Made by a program: the position numbers and the translations under genes | The notes under the pieces: model-generated | The model's database searches: none | What the model was told of the DNA's origin: nothing | What the model saw: only the letters and a program-made list of their open reading frames with translations | From: a virus | Length of the DNA: 64,000 nt | Reading direction: 5' to 3' (one strand) | Virus record (IMG/VR): IMGVR_UViG_3300023174_005819 | Location: 23,240-87,239 of that record | Shown here: positions 1 through 9,842 of the stretch, piece by piece | Numbering within the stretch: the stretch's first letter is position 1 | Layout of the letters: each line of letters begins with the position of its first letter

Positions 1-231
1 TTTTGACTCCAAATTTTACTGCGATCTCAGCAGTAAACGGGCCATCGCACTTATGGATCAGAGGTAGCTTCGATCACTACATTCTGCGATGCCTATAGCT
101 ACATTTCCTTATTTAGCCATATAATGTACAAATTAAGGTTTTAATAGTTGTCAGCCCTTATGACATTGCTATCTCAGGGATTGATAGTTGATTTTTTGAC
201 ATCAACAAACTGCTCTAATTGGGAACTATGT
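1..231 (-). ncRNA. Putative structured non-coding RNA of unknown family, 3' part beyond the window edge
   Basis: No long ORF. At least six inverted repeats: 15-22/30-37, 43-49/85-91, 94-101/114-121, 149-153/161-165, 169-173/183-187, 187-192/201-206. A TTGACA-N17-TAGTAT promoter points into it. Confidence 0.6.
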
Positions 232-237
232 ACTTAC

Positions 238-266
238 ATACTATTCTAATTTTCAACTTTTGTCAA
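238..266 (-). promoter_or_regulatory. sigma70-like promoter for the leftward ncRNA
   Basis: TTGACA (266-261), 17 nt spacer, TAGTAT (243-238) on the minus strand. Confidence 0.7.
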
Positions 267-282
267 ATTTATTAATAAAAAC

Positions 283-317
283 TTGCTTTATTTTATTAAA
301 AGCTTTATAATGTGTAA
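283..317 (+). promoter_or_regulatory. sigma70-like promoter of the tmRNA, followed by a GTGTAA motif
   Basis: TTGCTT (283-288), N17, TATAAT (306-311); GTGTAA at 312-317. Confidence 0.7.
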
Positions 318-339
318 GATTAGTTAGTTCTTTAACATT

Positions 340-727
340 GGGCGCGTACTGGTTTCGATTTTAGAAATCGGAATTAAAATGCAAGTGGAGGTTGAATCGA
401 GGACTCCTTAAAAAGTTTCACTTATATTAACTGCCAAAACAGCAAAATATAAAGGTCATATTTCTGCAAGAGCTTCTCTTGTTGAATTGACCGCTTCTGT
501 AGCCTAAGTTCTACAGCGTGACTACCTTGACACATCTATTGGATAGTTGCGTAATTAGATGTTTGAGTATAATAAGTTTTTTTATTCTTTTTATATTCAA
601 TATTCAAAATAAAATCGCTAAGTATGTTTGTTCTTTATCTATACAAAGCTAAAAACAAAAAGAACTAAACTTGTAGTATTTTAATTTAGATTTTTAAAAG
701 ACAAAGGTTCAATTCCTTTCGCGTCCA
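340..727 (+). ncRNA. ssrA: tmRNA (transfer-messenger RNA)
   Basis: Acceptor stem GGGCGCG/CGCGTCC with the G3-U Ala determinant and discriminator A; T-arm AAAGG-TTCAATT-CCTTT (703-719); 5' TGGTTTCGA; long P2 helix; tag frame 433-507 starting GCC after TTAACT; CCA not encoded. Confidence 0.93.
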
Positions 728-759
728 AGTAAACGAATCTCTTAGCCTCCAATTTTATA

Positions 760-1128
760 GTGAAATCAAAAAGAAATAAAACAAGATTAGATCAATATAG
801 TCCATTTAAATACTCTTTAAATAAAGCTAGATCACGAAGTAAATCTAGAAATGAAGTTACAGATTTAACTCTTGAATATTTAAAAGAGATTTGGGAAAAT
901 CAAAAAGGATTATGTTCATATACTAATATTAAAATGGAACTACCAAGAAGCTCCCAAGATGAAGATATCAAGAAAAGTCCAACCAAACTAAGCCTTGATA
1001 GAATTGACCCAAGTATAGGATATATAAAAGGTAATGTTGAATTTGTATGTTATTGCGTTAATGTTATGAAAAATGATTTCACAAAAGAACAGATGGTACA
1101 TTTTATAAATCAAATTAAAAATAATTGA
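760..1128 (+). CDS. HNH-like (His-Me finger) endonuclease, possibly a free-standing homing endonuclease
   Basis: Q.GLCSYT...SLDRIDPSIGYIKGNVEFVCYCVN motif. Confidence 0.75.
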   Translation: MKSKRNKTRLDQYSPFKYSLNKARSRSKSRNEVTDLTLEYLKEIWENQKGLCSYTNIKMELPRSSQDEDIKKSPTKLSLDRIDPSIGYIKGNVEFVCYCVNVMKNDFTKEQMVHFINQIKNN

Positions 1129-1165
1129 AGTAACATTTTTTATAATTTAAAGTGTAATAAAGATT

Positions 1166-2431
1166 ATGGGTAATTATGATATAGCTTCTTGGCCAGCACG
1201 AGCAAATTCTTACAATGGAATAGCAAATATAGCTCTTAATGGTTGGGCGCAACAATATCCACTAAGCTTATACCAAGTATCACTTGCAACACCAACAATT
1301 TCTGCTACAGCGGGAGGAGATGGAAATGTATTATTAACTATTACCAATGGTAATTCATCATATAGATATCTCGTATATATTGATGGAGTAGGCGTTGGAT
1401 TTTTTAAATCAATAGACAATCAAATTACAATTTCTAATTTACCTCTTACCGTTCCTCATACAATTCGAATTAGATCTACATATGTAACTTATTCTGGAAA
1501 CACCGTAACAAGCGCAGGACTAAGCCAATTGAGCAATTCAGTTACAGTTACTCCACAATTTCAATTTGCAGCAAGAGTTCCACTTAACTTAAGACAACCT
1601 TATAATGGAGGAGTAGGTCAGTATAATCAACCTCCATATGATTATGTTGATGTAATAAGATTACCCTCTTTACTATACTCTACTTCAGATTGGGAATACA
1701 CCGACAATACATATACTGACCAAGAAGCTCCTGGTGCATACGCAATTCCACTTAGTCCATCTTTTAAAATTTCAATATATACAGCTCAAATAAGATTAAG
1801 AGCTAGAATAGTAAACGGAGCAAAAGATGAAACATATTTTGGAGCAGTAGATTACTCTTATAAAGATGTTGATGTTACTGTTGATGATCCATTTTTAGAT
1901 TTATATGGAGCTGATGGACATGATATCGGTTATTATTATTTTCAAAAATTGATAGAACTTGGATTATATCAAGCAAATATTAGCTCAAATATTTCTAGTG
2001 CAATAGGATGGAGACTTACAAAAGAATACATGCTTTCAAAACCTTATCTTGGTAATAAAATTAAAAATATTATTAAAAATAATTTTAACATCATAATGAA
2101 ATCAAGAGAAGCAATGCTACAATTTAGAGATATAACAAACTTTAATCCTAAACTAACTAAAGATTTTCAAGATTTTACAATAACATATCAAGGACCAATT
2201 TGGATTAATCCAAAAATCATTTCAACAAGCGGAACTCCAGATGAAGTAACAATACCAGCTAATGCACCACTATATAATTTAAAAAATTCAAAAAATAGAA
2301 TATTAAAAAGTGGAAATTCTGCTGCAGCAATACTTTTATCTAATCCTCAAGATTGTTCACATTATTCCTTTTCTGCAATCGCAGCGCCACTTAGTGCAGA
2401 TGACTATTATGGAAATGCGCCAGCTTCTTAA
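1166..2431 (+). CDS. Hypothetical protein, possibly virion-associated, with an Ig/FN3-like N-terminal region
   Basis: 421 aa ORF; beta-rich N-terminus (YLVYIDG...ITISNL...SNSVTVTP); GTGTAA motif upstream. Confidence 0.5.
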   Translation: MGNYDIASWPARANSYNGIANIALNGWAQQYPLSLYQVSLATPTISATAGGDGNVLLTITNGNSSYRYLVYIDGVGVGFFKSIDNQITISNLPLTVPHTIRIRSTYVTYSGNTVTSAGLSQLSNSVTVTPQFQFAARVPLNLRQPYNGGVGQYNQPPYDYVDVIRLPSLLYSTSDWEYTDNTYTDQEAPGAYAIPLSPSFKISIYTAQIRLRARIVNGAKDETYFGAVDYSYKDVDVTVDDPFLDLYGADGHDIGYYYFQKLIELGLYQANISSNISSAIGWRLTKEYMLSKPYLGNKIKNIIKNNFNIIMKSREAMLQFRDITNFNPKLTKDFQDFTITYQGPIWINPKIISTSGTPDEVTIPANAPLYNLKNSKNRILKSGNSAAAILLSNPQDCSHYSFSAIAAPLSADDYYGNAPAS

Positions 2432-2440
2432 TATAAAAAT

Positions 2441-3277
2441 ATGACAACCGATAATACATCTTTAGAGAGCATTTGGAGCCAAACTGTTGGAGAAGATCCT
2501 ACAGACCCATATCTTAATTGTAACTCTTGCGAACTAGATTGCGCTAATCAAGCATTAAATGATGCAGCCGCTAATGTTTCAAACTTTCCATTTAACATGA
2601 AAGCAGCTGCCAAAAATGATTTTCTTGCTCCACAACCAAGCGCAATGGATATTCTTCGCCAGGAAGAGCACCTTAGAGCTTTTAACGCGGACCAGGCTGC
2701 AAAAAAAGGAGCAAGAGCAATGGTAGACTTGGGGCCCAGTCGAAGGTATCCTATCTCATTTTCTCCAAATAGAGGAGGTGGTGGAAGCCGATCATCTAGC
2801 GGATTTGAAGCAACTTCTATTGGTTCTGAAAATCCTTTAGGCCAAACAGGATCAGTAGGATTTCGATGGTCTGGTAATGAAGTTAGCTGGGATCCAGATA
2901 ATTTTCTTAACGAAACTAGTGGCAGCGTAGTAGTCGTTCCAGAGCAAGGAATTACAGATGTTGGAAATGCTGCTGGCAGTTTGTTGAGAGAAACTTTTAA
3001 TCCAACTCCCGATCCAGTTACAACTGTGAGTTGTTCAACTGACACAGCAGCAGCTACTGCTGCTGTTCCTGCCACTCCAACTACAAGTGGCCTTGGCGCT
3101 ACTGGATCACAATCAGCAGTAAGTGCAACGCAAGGAACCACAGTTACTGGAGGAGGAGGATTGAATCAAGCTGGCGGAGGATCAGTAAGTAGCGTAAAAA
3201 CTGGAGTAAATAATAATGGTGTCGCAACTCAAGGCAATGGGGGCTTCAGAGGGGTCAAAGCAACAATCAGGCCTTAA
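2441..3277 (+). CDS. Hypothetical Gly/Ser/Thr/Ala-rich low-complexity protein
   Basis: 278 aa ORF co-oriented with its neighbours; CNSCELDC near the N-terminus; T/A/G-rich C-terminal half. Confidence 0.55.
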   Translation: MTTDNTSLESIWSQTVGEDPTDPYLNCNSCELDCANQALNDAAANVSNFPFNMKAAAKNDFLAPQPSAMDILRQEEHLRAFNADQAAKKGARAMVDLGPSRRYPISFSPNRGGGGSRSSSGFEATSIGSENPLGQTGSVGFRWSGNEVSWDPDNFLNETSGSVVVVPEQGITDVGNAAGSLLRETFNPTPDPVTTVSCSTDTAAATAAVPATPTTSGLGATGSQSAVSATQGTTVTGGGGLNQAGGGSVSSVKTGVNNNGVATQGNGGFRGVKATIRP

Positions 3278-3329
3278 AAGATAATTTTTAGATATATAAA
3301 TATTACATTCATAGAATACTAAATAATCT

Positions 3330-4295
3330 ATGAATATACTTTGGCCAGATATACATAAAAATCTAACAAAAAATATAGCAAAAGCATTTTATAAACTTGG
3401 TCATACTTTAATTTTGCCAAGCAATCAATATATTCCAACTAATTTACCTCCTAAACAATTTAACCAATGGGCATGGAACACAAGTTGGACTCAAGAAAAA
3501 GTAGATCTTGAATTTGAACATAAAAATGTAAAAGTTTTAAACAAACAAGAGATATTAGACATTAAACCAGAAATAATATTTATCACCAGCTTTGAAAGTC
3601 AATTTGAAATTTTAAATGAAATTTGGCCCCACTTAAAAGATAATAGTAAAATAGCTTGCTACAGTGGCAATGATTATTGGGATGGAGCTTATCCATTTTA
3701 TATTATTAAAAATTATCTTTGTGCAGATTATGTTGGTTTTTGTTTAGCTAATAAATATAAAGTAAATCACTTATATTATAAGCCTTGGGTAGATTATGAT
3801 AGATGTACTTTTGATGGACCAACAGACGGAAATATAGTTGGAATTTATATTTCAGAATATGAAAATAATTTTAATCAAGAATATAATATGAGTAAAGCAT
3901 TGCAACAAATTACTCCATATATAGACTACCATTATCACACAAATAGCTCTCAACAAGAATTAACTAAAACCCTTAAGTCTAGTATTGCAACTCAACATAT
4001 CAAACACCTTGAAGGTTATGGAATAGCTATTATAGAAAGCATGGCTTGTGGTAGACCAGTTCTTATGCATCGCCAAATGGCGCAAAACAAAAGCTTAATG
4101 AATTGGAGTATTGAAAATGTAACAGCTCTATTCTTTGAAAGTCAGCACGAATATATAGCAAAATTAAAAGCATTATATGATAGTAAAGAATATAGACATT
4201 TTATTCAATATACAACAGCTAATGTAATAAGGCAAATTATAGACAACAATCAAGAAACAGAAAAGCTTGGACATTTTCTTAATAATCTAGTATAA
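3330..4295 (+). CDS. GT-B glycosyltransferase (GT4-like)
   Basis: EGYGIAIIESMACGRPV motif. Confidence 0.8.
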   Translation: MNILWPDIHKNLTKNIAKAFYKLGHTLILPSNQYIPTNLPPKQFNQWAWNTSWTQEKVDLEFEHKNVKVLNKQEILDIKPEIIFITSFESQFEILNEIWPHLKDNSKIACYSGNDYWDGAYPFYIIKNYLCADYVGFCLANKYKVNHLYYKPWVDYDRCTFDGPTDGNIVGIYISEYENNFNQEYNMSKALQQITPYIDYHYHTNSSQQELTKTLKSSIATQHIKHLEGYGIAIIESMACGRPVLMHRQMAQNKSLMNWSIENVTALFFESQHEYIAKLKALYDSKEYRHFIQYTTANVIRQIIDNNQETEKLGHFLNNLV

Positions 4296-4304
4296 TTTTT
4301 AATA

Positions 4305-5141
4305 GTGAAAATCTGGCTCTGCGGTATTACCCAAAACGAGAAACAGAATATTGATGATATGACAAAACATATATATCAATATTTTGATGGTTTAATTTTT
4401 GTAGATGGTGGATCAACAGATGGTACATTAGAAATATTAAATGCAAGAAAAGGCCAAGGAAAGATTGTAAACAGAGAATGGTCAAATGACCACGATATTC
4501 AAATGAATGGTTTTTTAAGAGCAAATGTAATGCAAAATGGCGATTGGTTTATTATTCGAGATAGCTGCGAAAGATTAGATATAGATTGGGCAAAAAACTT
4601 GCGTAATTTTATAGAAAATTTTTTAGAAAAAAATAAAGTAAATAGTTGTGTTGATAGGCAAAAAGCATTTCTTGTTAAATATTTTGATGATATGATATTT
4701 CAAGGTAGCCCGCATTGGGGACTACAAGGTATGAGGCCAGGATATATTGATCTTTATGAATATTATAATAAAAATCAAAAAATGTTTGCATGGGAAGAAA
4801 GACCATCTCAAAGAAAGCATTATATTGATAGTGATATGAAATATTATTTTGTTTACGGAAGATCAAATCATTGTGTTCTTCATTATTATGATAATGGAAG
4901 AACTCCAGAAAGATACCAACAACAAGAAGGCATAAGACAAAATTTTAGATCTTTTTGCGAAAGTTTAGGTATAAGATTTAATCTAGAATCATTAAAAAAT
5001 TATTGGAAAAATAATCCAATTGACGAAAAAATGAAATTTTTTATCAATAACGAAAGATTAATAAGAAGATTTTATAGATTAAATATTTTAAATCATACAT
5101 TAGAAAAAATTGACTCATCAGAAGAATGGGTATTAGAATGA
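4305..5141 (+). CDS. GT-A glycosyltransferase (GT2-like)
   Basis: FVDGGSTDGTLEIL; D.CE. Confidence 0.7.
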   Translation: MKIWLCGITQNEKQNIDDMTKHIYQYFDGLIFVDGGSTDGTLEILNARKGQGKIVNREWSNDHDIQMNGFLRANVMQNGDWFIIRDSCERLDIDWAKNLRNFIENFLEKNKVNSCVDRQKAFLVKYFDDMIFQGSPHWGLQGMRPGYIDLYEYYNKNQKMFAWEERPSQRKHYIDSDMKYYFVYGRSNHCVLHYYDNGRTPERYQQQEGIRQNFRSFCESLGIRFNLESLKNYWKNNPIDEKMKFFINNERLIRRFYRLNILNHTLEKIDSSEEWVLE

Positions 5142-6028
5142 AATTAATTGATTGCTTTATGTTTTTTAATGAAAAAGATATTGCATATCTTAGAATTAAA
5201 GAATTATATGATGCTGTAGATTATTTTGTTATTAATGAAGCCACGAAAACTCACCAAGGGCAAGATAAAGAATTATCCTTTTGGAAGGATGACAGATTAC
5301 AAGAATTTAAAGATAAAATTATTTACTCTTCAATAGATTTAGATGGAAGATTCGATTATTTAATGCCAAAATTTTTTCCAGATGCAAATATTGGCGCAAA
5401 GGAACATGAACAAAGAATAAGGCTACTCGAACAAATTGAAAAACTAAATCTATCAGATGATGATATCGTTATGATATCGGATTGCGATGAAATTCCTAAT
5501 AAAAATATATTCCAAGAAATTCTGAATTATCCAGTAGTAGCATTAAATCAAATGTTTTTTGTTCATTATATTAATATTTATACAAATAAAAATGTAACTG
5601 GAACCATAGCTTGCAAATATAAACATTTAAAACATTTAAATACTCTATGTTTTGGAATGGGTCTTCAGCTTTTAAGAAGAGATAAAGATTTTATGCCAAG
5701 GATAGAAAATGGAGGTTGGCATTATTCATATATGGGTGGACCAAAATCTGTAAGCAGAAAAGTAATCTCAACTTATGATGGAAATTTAAATTCTGAGTGG
5801 AAAACAGAAGAATCTTCTAATATGTTAATTCAAGAAAGTATAAAAAATAAAAAAAGTCCATTCTCTCAAATGCCATTAGAATTTATAGATTTAAATATAA
5901 AAAATAAATTCATAGAATTTTTAACAGCAAAAAATGGAACATGGATTAATGCACAAGGGTGTTATCAATTTTCTCCAAATATTTTGGAAAAAGACATACA
6001 AAATCATAAACATCTTATATATGAATAA
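5138..6028 (+). CDS. GT17-like N-acetylglucosaminyltransferase
   Basis: DCFMFFNE, SDCDEIP, GGWHYSY; start moved to the ATG overlapping the upstream stop. Confidence 0.8.
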   Translation: MKLIDCFMFFNEKDIAYLRIKELYDAVDYFVINEATKTHQGQDKELSFWKDDRLQEFKDKIIYSSIDLDGRFDYLMPKFFPDANIGAKEHEQRIRLLEQIEKLNLSDDDIVMISDCDEIPNKNIFQEILNYPVVALNQMFFVHYINIYTNKNVTGTIACKYKHLKHLNTLCFGMGLQLLRRDKDFMPRIENGGWHYSYMGGPKSVSRKVISTYDGNLNSEWKTEESSNMLIQESIKNKKSPFSQMPLEFIDLNIKNKFIEFLTAKNGTWINAQGCYQFSPNILEKDIQNHKHLIYE

Positions 6029-6719
6029 TCCATTTGATTACTTTGATAGGATATATTGCATTAATCTTCAAGAAAGAACTGATAAGTGGCAACAATGCCT
6101 ACAAGAATTTACTAAATTAGGAATAGAAAATAAAGTAATTAAATTTAATGGAATTAAATTTATAGGAGAATTACCACCACAACTAAGATGGATTAATATT
6201 CGAGCCTGTGGATGCACAGCTTCGCATAGAGAAATTATAAAAATTTGCAATAATGAAAATGTAAAAAATGTACTAGTTCTAGAAGATGATGTAGAATTTC
6301 ACAATGACCCAATTAAAAATTTAAATTTATCTATAAATGAATTAAAAGATAAAGAATGGGATATATTTTATCTTGGAATGAATGTGACAGATGAAAAATT
6401 TAAAAATCCATTAGAGCGAGTAAGTCCAAATTTATTAAAAATCAAAAGCGCTCTCACAACTCATGCGATCGCATATAACTCTTCATGCTTTAAACTTATT
6501 TTAGATCATATTCCAGAAGGTTTAAATATTATTAACTGGCAGGCAGAAAATGAATCTTATGATGGATTTTTCATGAAACATTTCTTAAGTCAAAATAAAG
6601 CGTTTTGTACAAATGAATATTTAGCAACACAAAGAGATAGTTTTTCAGATATTAACCTTGGAAATGCAACTTATGGAAAAGCCATAATGGAAAATTTTTA
6701 TAGAATGCGACCAGCATGA
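6021..6719 (+). CDS. GT25-like glycosyltransferase
   Basis: YCINL..RTDK, GCTASH, LVLEDD; start moved to ATG 6021. Confidence 0.8.
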   Translation: MNNPFDYFDRIYCINLQERTDKWQQCLQEFTKLGIENKVIKFNGIKFIGELPPQLRWINIRACGCTASHREIIKICNNENVKNVLVLEDDVEFHNDPIKNLNLSINELKDKEWDIFYLGMNVTDEKFKNPLERVSPNLLKIKSALTTHAIAYNSSCFKLILDHIPEGLNIINWQAENESYDGFFMKHFLSQNKAFCTNEYLATQRDSFSDINLGNATYGKAIMENFYRMRPA

Positions 6720-7525
6720 TAACATTTTTTCAATTAGGTAAATATGGCGCAATTGGAAATCAACTTTTTCAATATGCAACATTATATTCTATAGGCAAAA
6801 TTAATAACTATGAGATTAAAATACCTAAAACAGAAGAACATTTTGATGAAGGTACAAATAGAATTCAGCATTATTTCTTAAATTGCTTTGATAATATCTC
6901 AGCTCAAATACTTACAGAGCAAGATGCTACATCAATAAAATATAAAGCATACGATGGCAACGCGATATCTTATAATAAGGACATATTCAACATACCAGAC
7001 TTCACAACATTAGAAGGATATTTTCAATCTTATAAATATTTTCATATTTTTAAAAAAAATTTAAAAGAACAATTAAAATTTAAACAATCTATTAAAAATT
7101 CTGCTGATAAAAAATATAATATAAATTATAAAGATTTTACTTCGGTTCATTTAAGATATGGAGATTATGCCCATAGACAAGATCACCATCCTATTATGGA
7201 CAAGGATTATTATCAAAGAGCTTTTGATTTAATAAACTGCTCAAATTGTTTGGTTTTTTCGGATAGTATAGATTATGCTAAAAATATATTTAATGAATTT
7301 AAGGATATAAATTTTACTTATATAGAAAATAATCACGCTTTTGAAGATATGTATATCATGTCTAATTGTAAAAATAATATTTTAGCAAATAGTAGTTTTT
7401 CTTGGTGGGCAGCTTGGTTAAATGAAAATAATAAAGTTATCGCACCAAGAAATTGGCTAGGCCCAGCGTACAATGGAAAATGGAATTTAGACGATTTAAT
7501 TCCAAAAGAATGGATTATTATATAA
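6716..7525 (+). CDS. GT11 alpha-1,2-fucosyltransferase-like
   Basis: GNQLFQYA, GYFQS, HLRYGDY, NSSFSWWAAWL. Confidence 0.88.
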   Translation: MITFFQLGKYGAIGNQLFQYATLYSIGKINNYEIKIPKTEEHFDEGTNRIQHYFLNCFDNISAQILTEQDATSIKYKAYDGNAISYNKDIFNIPDFTTLEGYFQSYKYFHIFKKNLKEQLKFKQSIKNSADKKYNINYKDFTSVHLRYGDYAHRQDHHPIMDKDYYQRAFDLINCSNCLVFSDSIDYAKNIFNEFKDINFTYIENNHAFEDMYIMSNCKNNILANSSFSWWAAWLNENNKVIAPRNWLGPAYNGKWNLDDLIPKEWIII

Positions 7526-7526
7526 T

Positions 7527-8138
7527 ATGCTTTTAATATCAGAAAAAACTTTTGAAAAAATTTCTCCAAATATAAAGGGAGTTATTCATATTGGAGCGCA
7601 TCATGGACAAGAACATGTATTATATAAAAAATATAATATAAATAAAATGATTTACTTTGAACCTCTAAAAGATGTTTTTGAGATTTTAAAATCAAATATT
7701 AATAATGAAGGCATAGTTGTAAACAAAGCGCTTGGTAATGAAAATAAAAAAGTAATGATGAATGTAGAGAAAAATAACCAAAGCCAATCAAGTTCAATAC
7801 TTAATCCAAAAATTCATTTACAACAATATAATTGGGTACATTTTAATCATAAAGAAGAAGTAGATATGATCAAACTCGATGATTACGAAGGAGACTTATC
7901 TTTATATAACTTTATTAATATAGACATTCAAGGATACGAACTAGAAGCTCTTAAAGGGGCATCTAAAGTATTAAATAATATTGATTATATTTTATCAGAA
8001 GTAAATCGCGCAGAAGTATACGAAGGATGCGCCCATGTAAAAGATTTATGTGATTTTTTACATACATATGGATTTGAATTAGAAGAGGTCTCATGGGCTG
8101 GAGAAACATGGGGAGATGGTTTATTTATAAAGAAATGA
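7527..8138 (+). CDS. FkbM-family SAM methyltransferase
   Basis: HIGAHHG, FEP, IDIQGYELEALKG. Confidence 0.85.
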   Translation: MLLISEKTFEKISPNIKGVIHIGAHHGQEHVLYKKYNINKMIYFEPLKDVFEILKSNINNEGIVVNKALGNENKKVMMNVEKNNQSQSSSILNPKIHLQQYNWVHFNHKEEVDMIKLDDYEGDLSLYNFINIDIQGYELEALKGASKVLNNIDYILSEVNRAEVYEGCAHVKDLCDFLHTYGFELEEVSWAGETWGDGLFIKK

Positions 8139-8998
8139 ATAAAAAAAATTTTAATTTAATAGATAATAATTTTGCTCACGATAAATATAGTGTTGCAGGA
8201 GTAGACTCTAAACATATAGCTTGGGATAGAGAATTAAAAGATTTAAATAATCCAACATTTTATTCTCATATTAGAATGTTAGATATACAAAAAGGCTTAT
8301 CAAGCAAAGATAAATCATATGGATTTATAGTAGAATCTAGAGGGATTGAAGCCCTTGGATATCAATTAGTAGAACCAGTTATACCATATTTTGATAAAGT
8401 TTTTACGCATAATTCTGATTTTATTAAAAAATATGAAAATTGCAAATGGATTCCTGGAGGAGGAATTTGGATTGGTGGAAGAAATGACTTACCTCATGGA
8501 GAAGGTGAAATAGAAATTTATAATAAAAATAAATTATGTTCAATGGTATCCTCTAATAAAAGAATGTGCGAATTGCATTTAGTTAGACTACAAATCATAG
8601 ATTTTCTTCAAAATAATACTAAAATAGATAAATTTACTGGCGGAGGAGGACCTGGAGATGGAAATTGGCTCCCAATTTTTAGAACACTAAAAGATTATAT
8701 GTTTTCAATTGTAATAGAAAATTATATAGATGATTTATATTTTACAGAAAAAATATTAAATTGTTTTGCAACTGGTACAATTCCAATATATCTTGGCGCA
8801 AAAAATATAGGATCAATTTTTGATAAAAATGGAATATTGCAGTTTTCTTCTTTTGAAGAATTTAATAATATTGTAAATAATTTATCAGAAGATCAATATT
8901 ATTCAAGAATGGAAGCGATTAAATACAACTTTAAAAAATCTTTAGAATTTAGATCTATAGAAGATTATATATATGAAAAATATTTTATTATTGGGTAA
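8135..8998 (+). CDS. GT10-like fucosyltransferase
   Basis: YMFSIVIEN...YFTEKI...GTIPIYLG; start moved to ATG 8135. Confidence 0.78.
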   Translation: MNKKNFNLIDNNFAHDKYSVAGVDSKHIAWDRELKDLNNPTFYSHIRMLDIQKGLSSKDKSYGFIVESRGIEALGYQLVEPVIPYFDKVFTHNSDFIKKYENCKWIPGGGIWIGGRNDLPHGEGEIEIYNKNKLCSMVSSNKRMCELHLVRLQIIDFLQNNTKIDKFTGGGGPGDGNWLPIFRTLKDYMFSIVIENYIDDLYFTEKILNCFATGTIPIYLGAKNIGSIFDKNGILQFSSFEEFNNIVNNLSEDQYYSRMEAIKYNFKKSLEFRSIEDYIYEKYFIIG

Positions 8999-9842
8999 AG
9001 GTTATATTGGATCAAATCTTGCGGAATATTTTAAATCTAAATCAGATATAAAATCAAATATTTATTCGAAACAAGATTTAAACTATTTAGACTTTTATAC
9101 TTTAAATAAATATCTCCAGCAAAATCAATCTATTGAAATAGATTATATTATAAATTGTGCTGGATATACTGGAAGGCCAAATGTAGAAGGATGTGAAAAT
9201 GATAAAGAAACTTGCTGGAAATATAATGTAAAATTACCAATTCTTTTAACAGAAGTAGCATCTTATTGGAAGATACCTATTATTCATATTAGTAGTGGAT
9301 GTGTTTATACTGGAAATGAAAAAGATTATACAGAAGAAGATGAACCAAATTTTGGAATTTATAATCAAAATAGTAGTTTTTATAGTAAAACTAAACATGC
9401 ATGCGAATTGTCATTAAAGAACACCAACTCCTATATCTTTAGAATAAGAATGCCTTTTTCACACAAATCTTCTGAACGTAATTATATAGATAAAATATTA
9501 AAATATGAAAATCTTATAAGTTATAAAAATAGCTTAACAAATATAAACGATCTTAATGAATTTATTTATAAATTTATAAATTTAAAAAATAAACCACAAT
9601 ATGGTATATATAATGTAACTAATGAAGGTTCTGCAGATGCAAAAGAAATAACAGAAATCCTTAAAAAATATAAACTACAAAATAAGAATTGGAAATTTTT
9701 TGACCAGAGCGAAATGAACTTCAAAGTTTCAAGAAGTAATTGCGTGCTTTCTACAGAAAAAATTAAAAAATTAGATTTACAATTACCAAATATTTTTTCT
9801 AGTATTGAAAATGCAATCAGTAGATTTAAAAATGATACCTAA
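8973..9842 (+). CDS. NDP-4-keto-6-deoxyglucose epimerase/reductase (RmlD / NRS-ER-like)
   Basis: G.GYIG Rossmann motif, AGYTGRPNVEGCE, SSGC, YSKTK, RIRMP. Confidence 0.8.
   Translation: MKNILLLGKGYIGSNLAEYFKSKSDIKSNIYSKQDLNYLDFYTLNKYLQQNQSIEIDYIINCAGYTGRPNVEGCENDKETCWKYNVKLPILLTEVASYWKIPIIHISSGCVYTGNEKDYTEEDEPNFGIYNQNSSFYSKTKHACELSLKNTNSYIFRIRMPFSHKSSERNYIDKILKYENLISYKNSLTNINDLNEFIYKFINLKNKPQYGIYNVTNEGSADAKEITEILKKYKLQNKNWKFFDQSEMNFKVSRSNCVLSTEKIKKLDLQLPNIFSSIENAISRFKNDT

Noticed and set aside
690-727. Stand-alone tRNA
   Set aside because: The T-arm and acceptor strand belong to the tmRNA; there is no anticodon arm.
2548-3141. 197 aa antisense ORF and the other short overlapping ORFs in the track (for example 23942..24382, 53879..54169, 62730..63002)
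   Set aside because: They are shadows of longer, better supported genes and have no motifs or expression signals.
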